In this document: positions 1-11,775 of the stretch, piece by piece | Layout: each line of letters begins with the position of its first letter | Numbering within the stretch: position 1 is the first letter of the stretch | Translations under genes and position numbers: made by a program | From: Sphyrna mokarran | Lineage: Eukaryota | NCBI GenBank assembly: GCA_024679065.1 | Contig: JAGIQG010000008.1 | Location: 26,226,001 to 26,290,000, forward strand | Direction: 5' to 3' | DNA: 64,000 bases | Notes under the pieces: generated by a model | Seen by the model: only the letters and a program-made list of their open reading frames with translations | Told to the model about the DNA's origin: nothing | Database searches by the model: none

Positions 1-49
1 AATTATAAAATTCCACTCCACATACAGTGGGAAAAATATGTTAAGTTAG

Positions 50-540
50 TGTTGAAGTGGATATTTTCCTGCTTCTTGACTGTAATAGAAAGACTCAACA
101 AAAGTAATTCTAACAAAATAACTAGTCTTTATTTATGAAAGACTGCACGCAGTACTGGCAGTAACTTGAGCTTGGAGACCAGTCGTTACAACTAATTCCT
201 TCTCCAATTCACGTTTACGTAAAGAATCAGTTCAGTATTTATACATAATCATTATCAGTTTGCATGACCAGAGCTTAATCAGGGATTTGATAAGTGTAGC
301 GTCATAAGCAATGTCATAAATCATGATTCAACCTGCTGACCTAGGACTCTCTGTCTCATCATTCATACTTTTATCTTGTCTTTTGATAGAACAGAAGAAG
401 GTCAATGACTCCTTCATCCCTAATCTTATCTTGTCTTACTCATACAGCCCTAGTCTATGCAGAGCCAGCCTTCTTTATTTTGTACCAAATACTTGACCAA
501 TTTTCCCATCATGCCACTACTTCATTCATACAATTTCACA
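50..540 (-). mobile_element. Solo LTR (Gypsy- or ERV-like)
   Basis: Starts TGTTGAAGTGG and ends ACAATTTCACA (TG...CA, imperfect inverted termini). Flanked by a 4-bp direct repeat TTAG (46-49, 541-544). Minus-strand TATAAATA (236-243) lies upstream of minus-strand AATAAA (128-133). Confidence 0.6.
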
Positions 541-2189
541 TTAGAGTCCATGAATAATGGTGTTCACAGCACAAAGCAGACTTCTGTTGGTGGAACAAAA
601 TTTATTGTGCTAAATATTTGAGAATAAATACAGAGATATAGTCTGATATGCTATTATCAGCATTTATCACATATCTGTTTCTTTTAAAATGGACACCTGA
701 AAATAATTATTTGATGGACATTTTTGTTGAATAAATGAAAACAATGGAGTAAGTCATCCACTGTGATAAATGCTTTTAAATACACTGAATAAAAAAATAG
801 ACTCCATTGGGATACCTTTGAACGTGTATAATGTTTGAAACGATATTTGAAATTTGTACATCTAATGTGCTAGGTGTCATTTTACAAGATGTAAAATTTA
901 CATTTAAACTTTTGGAAAGCCTGGTAACTTGATTGGTTTGAGGCTGAATTCGGTGGTCTTGCTGTTGTTCCTTATTGAAGTAATTTACAAACGATTTGAT
1001 CGATTTTCTGGAGACAGTGGCGAGAGACCAAATTCCTTTACAAAGTCTCAGAATGCAGGACCTGGATAGTTACAATCAGCAAACAGTGTTTGAAAGCTCA
1101 CAAGTTGGGTTGGACAGAGAGGGACCTTACTAGGGCCTTCTTTCTTCAGCATCCGGGCTGCTTGTTCACTACTGCAGATAATGCAAATGCTTAAATGCGC
1201 AAGAGGGTGGCATGGTAACTGTTCCACCAATCAGGATGATGGCACAGTGTATTTCATTGCAATGTGATTAGATCTTATCAAAGAATTGGTCTCTCAGCCA
1301 GGCTCCCATTGTCCAAATGACTAAATTTAATTGTTCATTTCCACCTATTTCAGTACCCAGGTGATTACCTTCATGCTTTGCTAATGCATTGTTCACCAAT
1401 ATTCCCCAAGTTCTCTTGGGGCCGCTCTATTATTTTGTCTTTTAATTAGTCAATTTGGGTTTAATTGGTTATTCAAAATAGGATATCCACTGAGGTCATT
1501 GCCTTTAATGGTCATTTTGCAAACATGAGGGGTGGAATTGTCATCCCCACCGACCCCCAGCCCAGTCTGCTGGGTGGATGTTGTGCAGGGTCGACAATCG
1601 ATAGGAACGATAAGACCCATTTCCCGATAGTGGGAGTGGGCAGCAGGACGTGCAATCTGACTGTCATGGCAGGTCATCATTCCTCCCAGAAACGATCGGG
1701 AAGCTTTTTTTACATCCCATCATCTGGATTCAAATGAATTCCCTCTCCGGAATTCCCTCCTCTCCCATCCAATCATTCACCTCCCCACCAGCAAGTTTTC
1801 ACACCTGTCTGTGGGTGGGGTGGGGTTCATGGGTGACTGTGGGAAGGTTCATGGTGACATTGGGAGGATCAGTGTTCAGGGCTGGAGGGCCGTGGGTAAT
1901 GTCAGGAGAGTAAATGGTGTTTGAGTGACCCTCGGTGCTTTTTCTCCCCGTAGCTGCTCAGGACATTGAGGTGGAGAAGTCGAGAAGTTGGATGGGAATT
2001 GATCATTGTGTGGGCGAAGCTACAGGTTAGCTCAACTGGAGAACTGAAAGAGAACCCCACCATGTAGTCCTGAATGCAAAGGGCACTTAAACTGATGTAT
2101 GTGAAGGGCAAAGGAAATGAATCACTGGGTGGTTGTCTGTGCATGGTGTAGAAGATCATTGCCTCCCTGTGCATGCATGATTCCAGGCA

Positions 2190-2335
2190 CACTAAGTTGT
2201 CTCACAACACCAGGTTAAAGTCCAACAGATTTATTTGGTAGCACAAGCTTTTGGAGTGTTGACCCTTCATCACCTGATGGTGTTGTGAGACTACGTACTG
2301 TGCCTACCTCAGTCCAACACCGGCAACTCCACAAG
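2190..2335. mobile_element. Penelope-like element terminal-repeat fragment with internal inversion
   Basis: 13-bp TSD ATGATTCCAGGCA (2177-2189, 2336-2348). 14-bp inverted repeat at 2199-2212 / 2278-2291. Same family as 33988-34070 and 47048-47138. Degenerate TGATGA...AAAG hammerhead-like core. Confidence 0.65.
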
Positions 2336-2567
2336 ATGATTCCAGGCAACATAAAGCCTGGGGTGTCCCCAGAAAAGAGAGGAGAGCACAAAGGTTTAAT
2401 GTCTAACAATCACAATGAAAACATATCAAATTTCATTCAAATGCAAGTGTGGTCTCTGAACAGAAGTATATCAACTTTGAACAATGAAAGGTCAACCATG
2501 CAACCACATATGAAAACAGAACCTTTTAACTTTCTGTTGCCTGCCACTGTATCTAGTTTGTTTTAAA

Positions 2568-2825
2568 TGTATTAGTCACAAGCATTAGCATTACAATGAA
2601 GTTCCTGTGAAAATCCCCCAGTGGCCACACTTCAGCAGTTGTTTGGGTACACTGAGGGAGAATTTAGCATGGCTAATACACCTAACCCTGCATGTCTTTT
2701 GATCTGTGGGAGGAAACTGGAGCACCTAGAAGAAACCCACACAGAGATGGGGAGAATGTGTAGAAACCAGGAATCGAATGTGGGTCTTGGAGTTGCAAGG
2801 CAGCACTGTTAATTATTGTGCCGCA
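2568..2825 (-). mobile_element. HE1-like tRNA SINE, tail type B
   Basis: Reverse complement of the tRNA-like head and CCTCCCACAG core, with the GGGATTTCACAG..ACTTCATTG..TGTGAC tail. Confidence 0.8.
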
Positions 2826-3879
2826 TAACACTTTCCATCCTTACATCCACATTAGTAGTGGAGGTTGGGTGGGGCACTGCCTGGTGACCATTTTGTCCTG
2901 TCGACTTGGTGAATTTGGCTACTGTATACCAGGTGAATGATGCATCCAGTCCACTGGAGTTCTTTGGCAGCACCCTCCAGAGAAAGGAGCTAATGCAGAT
3001 ATAAGGATAAGGCATAAGGAGTAATGGCGCAGTTGTGCCTTCTTCTGTCCTCTGTCCCTTTCCACACATGAGCTCATGTGGCAGGGTCAATGACCCACTG
3101 TTACCTGTCTGCCTGCAGACCACATGAGTAGCAGTATGGCTATAAAGAGCCAATACATCGTACTGAAAAGTCCTTTATATATGGGCAGCACAAATAGTGG
3201 CCTGGCCACTGAGACTCACATTCCAGTTCCACTTTGAAGGGTGAATTTGAGCAATAAAGGTTCACTTACCCTGGTGGCTTGGATTAGGTCATTTGTTCTT
3301 TCTCTGCACTACAGGATGATCCTCTGGTGTACAATGTTACCACTCACAACCTGGGCAAGTACCTTCATTGCAGTGTTGGTGAGTTCCTCTTTTCATCTTG
3401 TACTCTATTTCATTCATGAGTCCTTTCATATGGATCACTGAGTTTGGAAATTGGTGCTGCCTGGGATCTCCAAGTCATTTTTTGGACCACAGTTCAGAGT
3501 GGGATAGAATAGCAGCTGCCCAGATACTTTTTAAATATGGCCATGCCTGTCCTGACACTAACAAGGTTGGGAAACTCCAAGTGCATAATTACTGAGCCAA
3601 GCACGATTTCCAGTTGGATCCAGAGAGAAATGCTTCTGCCTCCTACCCCCACTGTGGGATTTAGCCTCAGAATGGGAAATCCAGGCTGGGGTCTCTATCT
3701 CAATGGATTGCAATGTGAAAGGTATAGGGATGCAGATTGTGTAGCCATCTTTGCTCAAGCTCAATTCATACTTTACTCTCTATTTAAAAGTTAAGTTTGA
3801 GTTTACAGCAGATGGGTTCAAAATTATAATTTGATGTGAAGCCAGTTTTCACAATCATATCCACCTTAGAGAACATATG

Positions 3880-4012
3880 TGACTTTGCTTTAATGTCTCA
3901 TCTGAAAGACAGCCCCACTGACAGTACAGTGTTCTCTTAGTACTACACTCGAGCATCTGTTTTGTGTTAAAGTTTCTGGAATGGGACTTTCATTCACAAC
4001 CCTCTGATAAGC
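3880..4012 (-). mobile_element. DeuSINE (SacSINE1-like) fragment
   Basis: Minus strand reads GTGTAGTACTAAGAGAACACTGTACTGTCAGTGGGGCTGTCTTTCAGATGAGACATTAAA, resembling the Deu-domain core GGTGCCGTCTTTCGGATGAGACGTTAAACC. Confidence 0.6.
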
Positions 4013-4192
4013 AGTGTGTCTATTACTTGCAGAATGCACTGCAGCCTGAAGTTCATTTATCTCCAGTTGCAACCAGAAATGGCCAAGCTGCAACACTGGC
4101 GATTGTAATCACATTAAATGCAATGCAACACTGACTATTTTAGTGAGCTTCAACTTTTACTAGAACATTCTGCAGGAACCAGACATATATCA

Positions 4193-4503
4193 GGGAGACA
4201 CAGTAGCAGAGTGGTTAGCACTGCTGCCTCACAGCTCTAGGGACCTGAGTTCAATTCTGGCCCCGGTTCATTGTCTGTGTGGAGACTGCATGTTCTTCCT
4301 GTATCTGCATGGGTTTCCTCCAGGTGCTCCGATTTCCTCCCACAGTCCAAAGATGTGCAGGTTAGGTTGATTGGCCATGTTAAATTAGTCCTTAGTGTTG
4401 GGTAAATACATTGGGTTGCAAGGATAAAGCCTGGGTAGTATTGTTGTCAGTGCAGGCTTGATGGGCTGAATGATTTCCTTCTGCACTGTGGAGATTCCAT
4501 GAT
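4193..4503 (+). mobile_element. HE1-like tRNA SINE, tail type A (CR1-like)
   Basis: GTGGTTAGCACTGCTGCCTCACAG head, B-box GAGTTCAATTC, core GGTTTCCTCCAGGTGCTCCGATTTCCTCCCACAGTCCAAAGATGTGCAGGTTAGG, and tail GATGGGCTGAATG..CTTCTGCACTGT. Confidence 0.85.
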
Positions 4504-5002
4504 CATTCTGTGCAAAGAACAAACCCCTTTTTACAAAGCTGAAGTTTAAATAGCTGAATCTGAGTCTGGTGATCCTCGATGCTCCCTAATGGCTGCATGA
4601 TGCTCCCCAAAGCCCTGCCTCCCATTGCTGATACTCCTATCCTTCAAAACCTGCGGCTGCTAACCAATAACCAAAGTCATATTTGATCTTCAGTCAACCC
4701 GAAAGTTCTGCTGCAAAAAAAACAGATTTGATTTCCTTAAAAATGCCACTTCAATTCTCTAGATGAACACTCGTGATCTAAACATGACCATGGGGACAAC
4801 TCTCCTAATAGCACTGGCCTTTTCTGCCTGCCATGACCCAGCACTGAACCGTGACCTCTCAAATTTTAATAAAAATAGCAATGGGGTCCTATTGGTACGA
4901 GAAAACCCTAAATTGCATACTTTAGTGAAGCTTCAGATGGGGATTATGACTTTTTCAGTTAATCAAAATGGCAACAGGTAGATTGTGGGTCCTGAACAAC
5001 AG

Positions 5003-5530
5003 TTTGATTTGATTTGATTTGTTTTATTATTGTTACGTGTATTGGTATGAAATGAAAAGTATTGTTTTTTGCATGCTGTATAGATAAAGCATACCATCCA
5101 AAGAACACATGGGAGAGAAGGAAAGGAGAAAGTGTAGAATATAGTGTAACAATTACAGAAAGGGGGTAGAGTAAGATTCATTTAATATATGGTAGGTCCA
5201 TTCAAAAGTCTGATGGCAGCAGAAAAAATTTGGTCTTGAGTCAATTGGTACGTGTCCTGAGACTTTTAGATCTTTTTCCCTATGAAAGAAGGCGGAAGAC
5301 AGAATGTCCAGGTTGCGTGGGGTCCTTAATTATGCTGGCTGCTTTTCCAAGGCAGCGGGAAGTGTAGACAGAGTCAATGGATGGGAGGTTGGTTTGCCTG
5401 ATGGAGTGTGTTACAGATTTTTGCAGTCTTAGTTGGAGCAGGAGCCAAACCAAGCTGAGATATATCTGGGAAGGAGACTTTCTGTGATGTGTGTATAAAA
5501 ATGGTGAGAGTTATAGCAGACATGCTGAAA
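5003..5530 (-). mobile_element. Rex1/Babar-like LINE 3' end
   Basis: (TTTGA)n tail at 5003-5020. Minus strand encodes a degenerate RT C-terminus (PSIDSVYTSRCLGKAASIIKDPTQPGHSVFRLLS). Same family as 33576, 53122 and 58253. Confidence 0.75.
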
Positions 5531-5640
5531 AGTGATAGGTTCTGCCCCCTTATCCCTTTGTGGATCTCCCTACCCCTGCATACACATACTCCCGACCCCC
5601 CACCACCATTCCTGATTGAAAACAGAATTGAAAAATCAGC

Positions 5641-5840
5641 CTTGTGGGCTCTATACATATCTGATTGCCGTTTTTTGAGATCAGGAGTTCATTGAAACCA
5701 AATGACATTTGTAATTCATTACTTCTTGCACAAGGAGCAACTTAGATAACATTATACTTCAGATAAATAAACTCAACCACTTTCTTTTGAGCTTAAACAA
5801 GCACAAATTTCTTCCGTGGGAGAAAATCTTTGTATGGAGC
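5641..5840 (+). repeat. Copy 1 of a diverged ~200-bp direct repeat (copy 2 at 7387-7590)
   Basis: Shared blocks CTTGTGGG, TTTGAGATCAG, TGACATTTGTAATTCAT, CATTATACTTCAGAT, TTTTGAGCTTAAACAA and CAAATTTCTT occur in the same order. Confidence 0.8.
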
Positions 5841-6957
5841 ATTTATCTTTTTACCCAAATGTTATTCCAATTATATAGAAGCAGGAGTGTATTGTGGCCT
5901 TTAACTTTGAGCGAGCGAGCCCAGGAAATTGGTTCTTTTAAAATCAAGGCCTATACTTACCTCATATCAGATTATTTTCTCATATAAATTTCATTACCTA
6001 CAGCTGCACGAGGAGGTCTGCTGCAGTCATTGTGTTGAAGGGGATTGAATTTGTTAAATAGTGAAGATCTGCCTATTAAGTTTGCATGGAACAGAAGAAA
6101 TAAAATAATTAGTGTTGAAAAGAGCAAATCTGTAGGTGTGTGGAGTTTAAAAGGGTGCCAGGACATGCTGAGCTGCTGAAAGATTTCTCTGTCTCAAAAG
6201 AAAAATACTGCTTAGCATTTTCACCATGGCATGATCAAAATAAGAAGCAGAAATTAGTTCAGGCTTGTTGAAGCTACATAGTCTCATGCAGAGAGCTGTC
6301 TCTGGGAATGTTTTAATGAGCAGAGAAGGTCACCGGCATGTGACACTGTTTTTCAGAGCTCCTCAGAAACAAATTTCCTGACCATAGAATTTAACAGAGG
6401 AGAGCACTCTTCCGCCACACAGCAGTACAGTGCGAGTGTTTGCATCCTGGCGATTGCCATGAGGGGTCTGTGTCACCAAATCTGACACAGTTATTTTCAT
6501 GCAGCAACTGCCCATTTAACGGTCAGAAGCTGCCACAGTGGGTACACTGTGCAGGACAATGTGTGCTACACCCCACTAAAGCTTCCATTGCTTTCAAGCC
6601 ACAAGTACAACAGGAGAGAGTCAGTCTGACAGATCCTCAAGAGAGAATCTTTTAAATTAAAGAAAAATCTTGCCTATCCTGGGGGAGACACCAAATGCGA
6701 AATACTTTCAAGGTGTTTTAGAGAAATGAATAGCATGCTTCTGCAAAGGAAATTTCAACTGGTAGCAGAAGAGTGGTATATCTGTCTGACTAAAAATTGT
6801 AGCCAGATAAAACTTAAAATACATATTTAAAATTAGTGGCAAGCTTTTGGTAGTGAAATATCAAAGGAGAGAATGGAATTGTGCATCCTGCGCCGGTCTA
6901 AGTAATCATTAGGCATACATCAAGTTTGGCATCATGTGAATTGACATGCAAGTTAAT

Positions 6958-7277
6958 CTAGAATCATGGAGTCCTACAATGCAGGAGGAGGCCATTTGGC
7001 CTATTGAATTTGCACCGAACACAGGCCCTATCCCCATAACCCCATGTGTTTATCCTAGCTAGTCCCCCTGACACTAAAGGGCAATTTAGCATGGCCAATC
7101 CACCTAATCTGCATGTCTTCGGACTGTGGGATAAAACCGGAGCACCTGGAGGAAACCTATGCAGACACAGGGAGAATTTGCAGAATCGATGCAGATAGTG
7201 ACCCAAGCTGTGAATGGAACCTGGGTCCCAAGTGCTGTAAGGCAGCAGTACTAACTACTGTTCCACCATGCCACCCT
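6958..7277 (-). mobile_element. HE1-like SINE, tail type A
   Basis: Full-length reverse copy from the TAGAATCAT tail to the CCACCATGCCACCC head. Confidence 0.85.
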
Positions 7278-7386
7278 TAAGTTGTAGATGCCAAACGGAA
7301 GTCCAATTCTGGCAAACTTCGATATTGCCCTGGCCATAATGAGATCCTGGAGTAAGGGTGAAATTCAAAGCAGACAGGACATGAGA

Positions 7387-7590
7387 CTTGTGGGTTCATT
7401 ACTTACCTGATCACCTTTCTTTGAGATCAGAAAGGAGTCCATTAAAACCTAGTGACATTTGTAATTCATCACACTTGCAGAAGAAGCAATTTTGACAGCA
7501 TTATACTTCAGATGATTAAATTTAATGACTTCATTTTGAGCTTAAACAAAGCCAAATTTCTTGGACTAATGAAAACCTTTGTTTGGAATC
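7387..7590 (+). repeat. Copy 2 of the diverged ~200-bp direct repeat
   Basis: Collinear with 5641-5840. Confidence 0.8.
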
Positions 7591-9115
7591 CAGCAGGGCC
7601 CTCAAAAGGTCACAATATTTTTGTGCTATGACTACAATCACTCCTGCACTTTCTGAGCGGAATCAGGCCCTGAGAGGCCACTTTAGAGGCTGGGGATCAG
7701 GGAATGTCTGAAAGTTGCATGTAGGTTGGCTCTCTGTTGCTGTCCTGTTTCAAGACTAGTTTCCTGGGGTGGCCTGATTTGGGAATCGAAAACCCATTTT
7801 AACAGGCAAATTAGGTTCCCTGCTTTTTTATTCTGTGCCTCGACCAAGTATCATCAGAACTTCTGGAGCAAAGCCACATATCTGAAACACTAACTCTGTT
7901 TAATCCCTGCACAGATGCCTTGGGATCTGATTCACTATTTCTGGCATTTTCTGTTGTTATTTCTAAATAAGTACTTACCTGCTAGATTTAGCAGCTCCCA
8001 CCTTCCTTCAGCTGCTGGCTTTCACAGGTCTGGGAAACATGGCCTGCCCCTTTAAATTTAAAGGGCCATTGAAACCTAAAGAGCAACCAACATATTACAA
8101 TCATTGGCCTGCCTCTGTAGAGTGGACAACCCCCAGTCTGCCAGGGTTATCAAAAATGTATTTCCATAGATTCAGTGGTTGTGTTTCAAATTTCTACCCA
8201 ATTCCCCTCCACTCCTCTGCCAATCCTCCCTCACCAGTCAAGAGAAGGTTAAAATGATCCCCATTGGGAGTATGCCCTTGAAAAGGTTGGCAGCATCCAA
8301 TCCCGTGGAATTGATGTGGAAGTGGCAGACAACCATGTCCTGCATTTTAATTCAAGAACTCTGCTTGATGGGCATCAGAATGGGTTGAGCAAACTAAGAT
8401 TTGAGCTTACTCTATGCCTTTAGATCAGACTAGGTGCGACTGACAGCTTCTCCTTAGAGATCCATGGGATAAAATCCTTGATCCAGCAGTGTTGCAATGT
8501 GGGGGTGATACAACAATCAGAAAAAACAGCGCTTGGTGCTAAAATCAATTCCATTGTTTTCCACGTTGCTGTCGTGCAGGCAACTTCCAGCCTTTACACT
8601 GAGTAAGAGGCACCCAGTAATCATCCACTCCACTTCTTGAGCTGAATGTGTAAAAGACTATAGACTTCAGCAGAGATATTGAGTCTTGATTTTTGGGGAA
8701 TTGGGGTTGAGTCGGAAAGCCTTTAAAATGAATTTCACCATTAGCCCCCCCATCCTTGTTTCCAGTGTTTTTTGTGCTGCAAGATTGTGGGTAGCCAATA
8801 AAGCACTCCCACCCTAGCTGGTTCCAATATGGATGTTGGAATTTCAATTCCCCCTTCCTTTCCACAATCCTGATGAGGCTGGATCTGTTCTGTTAGCAAT
8901 CATGATTCATAGCATCACAGAGAAGTTGAACTACAGGAAAAACACTAGTCTTCAGCTAGGAATCAAAATAAAACAGCCATCCAACATCCCGTTTGAAATA
9001 CATTGCTCCTCTTACCATCTCATAAAGGTGCCAATCAATTTCAGTCAGTCATATTACAAATGATATAGAATTATCATCCACTTAACACAACTTAATCCTG
9101 CATAAATAATAAATA

Positions 9116-10327
9116 CAGTGAAACCCTGATTTTATGTTCCCCAATTTAGTGCAAATTCGGATATAACGCAATGAATCATTGGACCCTTTTTTTGCTCTAG
9201 TGTGACACCAAGTTCTACCAGATTCTCCAAATCAATGTTTACAAATGTGCTTTTTTGACAAATCCACCAAAAAAAAACTAACAATCTAGTCACTGCAAAC
9301 ATGGTAAGCCTAATTAATTGCCTGTCATGGTCTGTAGTTCTAGTTTCGGGTGTTGACCTCTTGCTAATAACATTCTACTCACGTCACTCATCTTCGATTA
9401 CCTCTCTTGATTGACCATTCCTCAGCCATGAATCTTGCAATAGGTATCATGGACTGGCCAGTTGATGCCATTTTATGGACTTCCATTAGGTGTTGCTGGC
9501 TGGTGAATAACTCCAGAATTAGAGTCTGATCTCTACACAGGGAGAGAATTGGGGTGATGCTGGCTGTTCATTTATTAGAACTTGGACAGTGAGCTTTTAC
9601 CTGGCTATGATGGTTATGATTTACATTAACACCAACAAAGCTGTCCACACGAACAAAAGATGATCCATACATTCTGGGGGGACGGAGATCCAATTAGTTA
9701 TTATAGTGAGGGAGATGGAATCAAGGAAATGTGGTGAAAAATTCTACATGGAGGAGGTAAATACCTTCAGTTTTGGCCCCGGAATGTTCAGGAGATGTTC
9801 TTTTGAGGGTCTTCTGCTTAACAAGTTGCAGCGTCCACATTCAAAAAATATGCATTTTAATCTATTCATATCATTTACATTAACATTAACAATACTATCC
9901 ACTTGGACAAAAATATGTATTTTAATCTGCTCAATATATGATTTACATTAACTCCAACAAAGCTGTCCACATGGACAAAAATATGTATTTTTAATCTACT
10001 CAGTATATCATCTACATTAACGATGATGTACTCAAACTCTTAACTTGGCTTTTAGAATTTATTTCTATGCAAGTTAGATTTATTTTACAGTTTAACGAAT
10101 ACTTTGGCAGTATTTGTAGCGGATAGTGCCTATTCCATTTCCAGGTTTTTCATCGATCTTTTTACAATAAATCTGCTGGAAACCCTTGCCATAATACTGT
10201 ATCTGTATAAATGTTAGGTCAACATTGGGTCAGCTGATTTTCTTGAACCCCGATTTAGCACGACCCCACTTTTTTCATGATAACATTTTATGGACCCCAA
10301 CCATCGCGTTATAACGGGGCTGCACTG
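9116..10327. mobile_element. Non-autonomous Tigger/pogo-like (Tc1/mariner superfamily) DNA transposon
   Basis: TA|CAGTGAAACCCTGATTTTATG ... CGTTATAACGGGGCTGCACTG|TA. TA target duplication at 9114-9115 and 10328-10329. Imperfect TIRs and subterminal ATAACGC repeats. Confidence 0.75.
9834..10021 (+). repeat. Minisatellite, ~64-68 bp unit x ~3 (extra partial unit at 9615-9660)
   Basis: TCCAC..ACAAAAATATGTATTTTAATCT..ATTTACATTAAC recurs, with TCCAC anchors at 9834, 9898 and 9966. Confidence 0.8.
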
Positions 10328-10909
10328 TATGTTCATCAAACAAAATTATCACTTTCCACAGCAGCTGTTTACATATTGCTTGCTGAGAGATTTACCATTT
10401 TTAGAGCTCAGACAGGCACTCATAATGAGGCCATCTGTCAATTGTATCCATTGAAATGGTTATAATGGATTGAATGTCACTCCTCCAAAGTTGTAAGCTG
10501 AGCAGTTTTCTTCACAGTTTCAAAGGTGTGTGGAGGATACATAGGTGAAGGAGAATGCATGGGGCATGAAGGGTTCTGAAGGCATAGGGGTTAGGTGAGG
10601 GATGGGGTAGTGAGGGCCTGATATTCATGATAATGACTGAGTTTATGTCCCAATAATCAGAAACGGGCCTTCTAGCCTCCTGATCTCTGCCTTTGGAGGT
10701 GGAAGGTTTCATTCTGCCTAGCCTCCCTGGAGTGAAAATATAGCAGGTGAAAGCTTGCCAAACAGAGGCGTGTTTGTAGAGTCAGGAATTTTTCCAACTT
10801 TTGCTTCCCATCTCCTTATCAAAAGTCTGGCCTAAAAAATGCATTTTGTCTGGAATGACATTTTGCTCCTCGCCATATTTGATGCTAGCCACACAAACCT
10901 GAAGTGTCT

Positions 10910-11292
10910 GGGCAGCACGATGGTCCAGTGGTTAGTACTGCTGCCTCACAGTACCAGAGACCTGCGTTCAAATCCAGCCTTGGGTGATTATCTGTGTATA
11001 GTTTGTACATTCTCTGTATGTTTGCCTGGGTTTCCTTTTGGTGCTCTGGTTTCCTCCTGTAGTCCAGAAATGTGCGGGTTAGGTTAATTGGCCATGCTAA
11101 ATTGTCTCAAAGTGTCAGGGTGAATAGCAGGGTAACACAGTTTGAAAGGTGTGCTGATTAGATGCATTAGCCATGATAAATTCTCCCTCGGTGGACTTGA
11201 ACAGGTGCCGGAGTATGGCGACTCAGAGATTTTCATAGTAATTTCATTGCAGTATTAATGTAGGTCTATTTATGACACTGGTAAATAAATAA
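10910..11292 (+). mobile_element. HE1-like SINE, chimeric (partial type A body then type B tail)
   Basis: Head GGGCAGCACGATGGTCCAGTGGTTAG. Type A body runs to ~11135, then the sequence re-enters the core (GAAAGGTGTGCTGATTAG) and ends in the type B tail. Confidence 0.8.
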
Positions 11293-11544
11293 TCCTGATT
11301 AAAGATTGTTAAAAGTTGAACCAAACCTGATTTCCATTCTTTCTGTAAACATGTCACTAATTTTACTTCAAAATAGTGTTCTGCTTACGTTCATCTCTCA
11401 TTGATGAAACAGCAGTTGGAATGCTGCCCCGCTGAAAGAATTGGGCTTCCTATCAATTATTGATAAGGTGCAGTGGTAATGAACCTTCAATGTAAAAATT
11501 CATTTGCAGTTAAAACTCTTTTCCCTTTCTATTCCAACGGAAAG

Positions 11545-11775
11545 GCTTCTGAAAACGGGGGAAAGATCGGAATGCAATCACGGACTGGGTTTCGATTAGA
11601 GCTGATGAGAAGACAGCTGCAGCAGCAGGAGGGACGGGACAATGCATGGCAACACTACAACACTGCTCAATATGCTGAGGGGCATCTTCCTGCCTTGTCC
11701 ACAACTCATGCATTTCAGGACTTCTTCCCAGTAGAGACATGGAAACCAGTTCAAATACCAGAGAACGTTTTTAAG
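11545..11775 (+). CDS. TFEC: Exon of a MiT/TFE family bHLH-ZIP transcription factor (N-terminal domain, equivalent to MITF exon 1B1b); most likely TFEC
   Basis: Translation ASENGGKIG-MQSRTGFRLELMRRQLQQQEGRD...LPALSTTHAF...PVQIPENVFK aligns with TFEB MASRIGLRMQLMREQAQQEEQRE...PVPGEVLK and MITF MTSRILLRQQLMREQMQEQERRE...QVPMEVLK. Pyrimidine tract and AAG acceptor at 11544; ATG at 11572. Phase-0 donor AAG|GTAGTA at 11775/11776 matches the conserved VLK|VQ boundary. The family call is strong; the paralog call is inferred from divergence. Confidence 0.8.

Noticed and set aside
1050-1220. Possible upstream first exon (ATG 1053; donor ATG|GTAACT near 1214)
   Set aside because: The ATG frame stops early and there is no similarity to MiT exon A, so the evidence is insufficient.
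1912-2176. Possible L2 endonuclease remnant on the minus strand
   Set aside because: Too degenerate to assign by eye.
5953-5962. ATACTTACCT as the 5' end of a U1 snRNA
   Set aside because: The downstream sequence does not continue as U1. It is at most a minus-strand splice-donor motif.
9834-10021. CRISPR-like array
   Set aside because: Whole units repeat in tandem with no unique spacers, there are no cas genes, and it lies inside a Tigger-like element.
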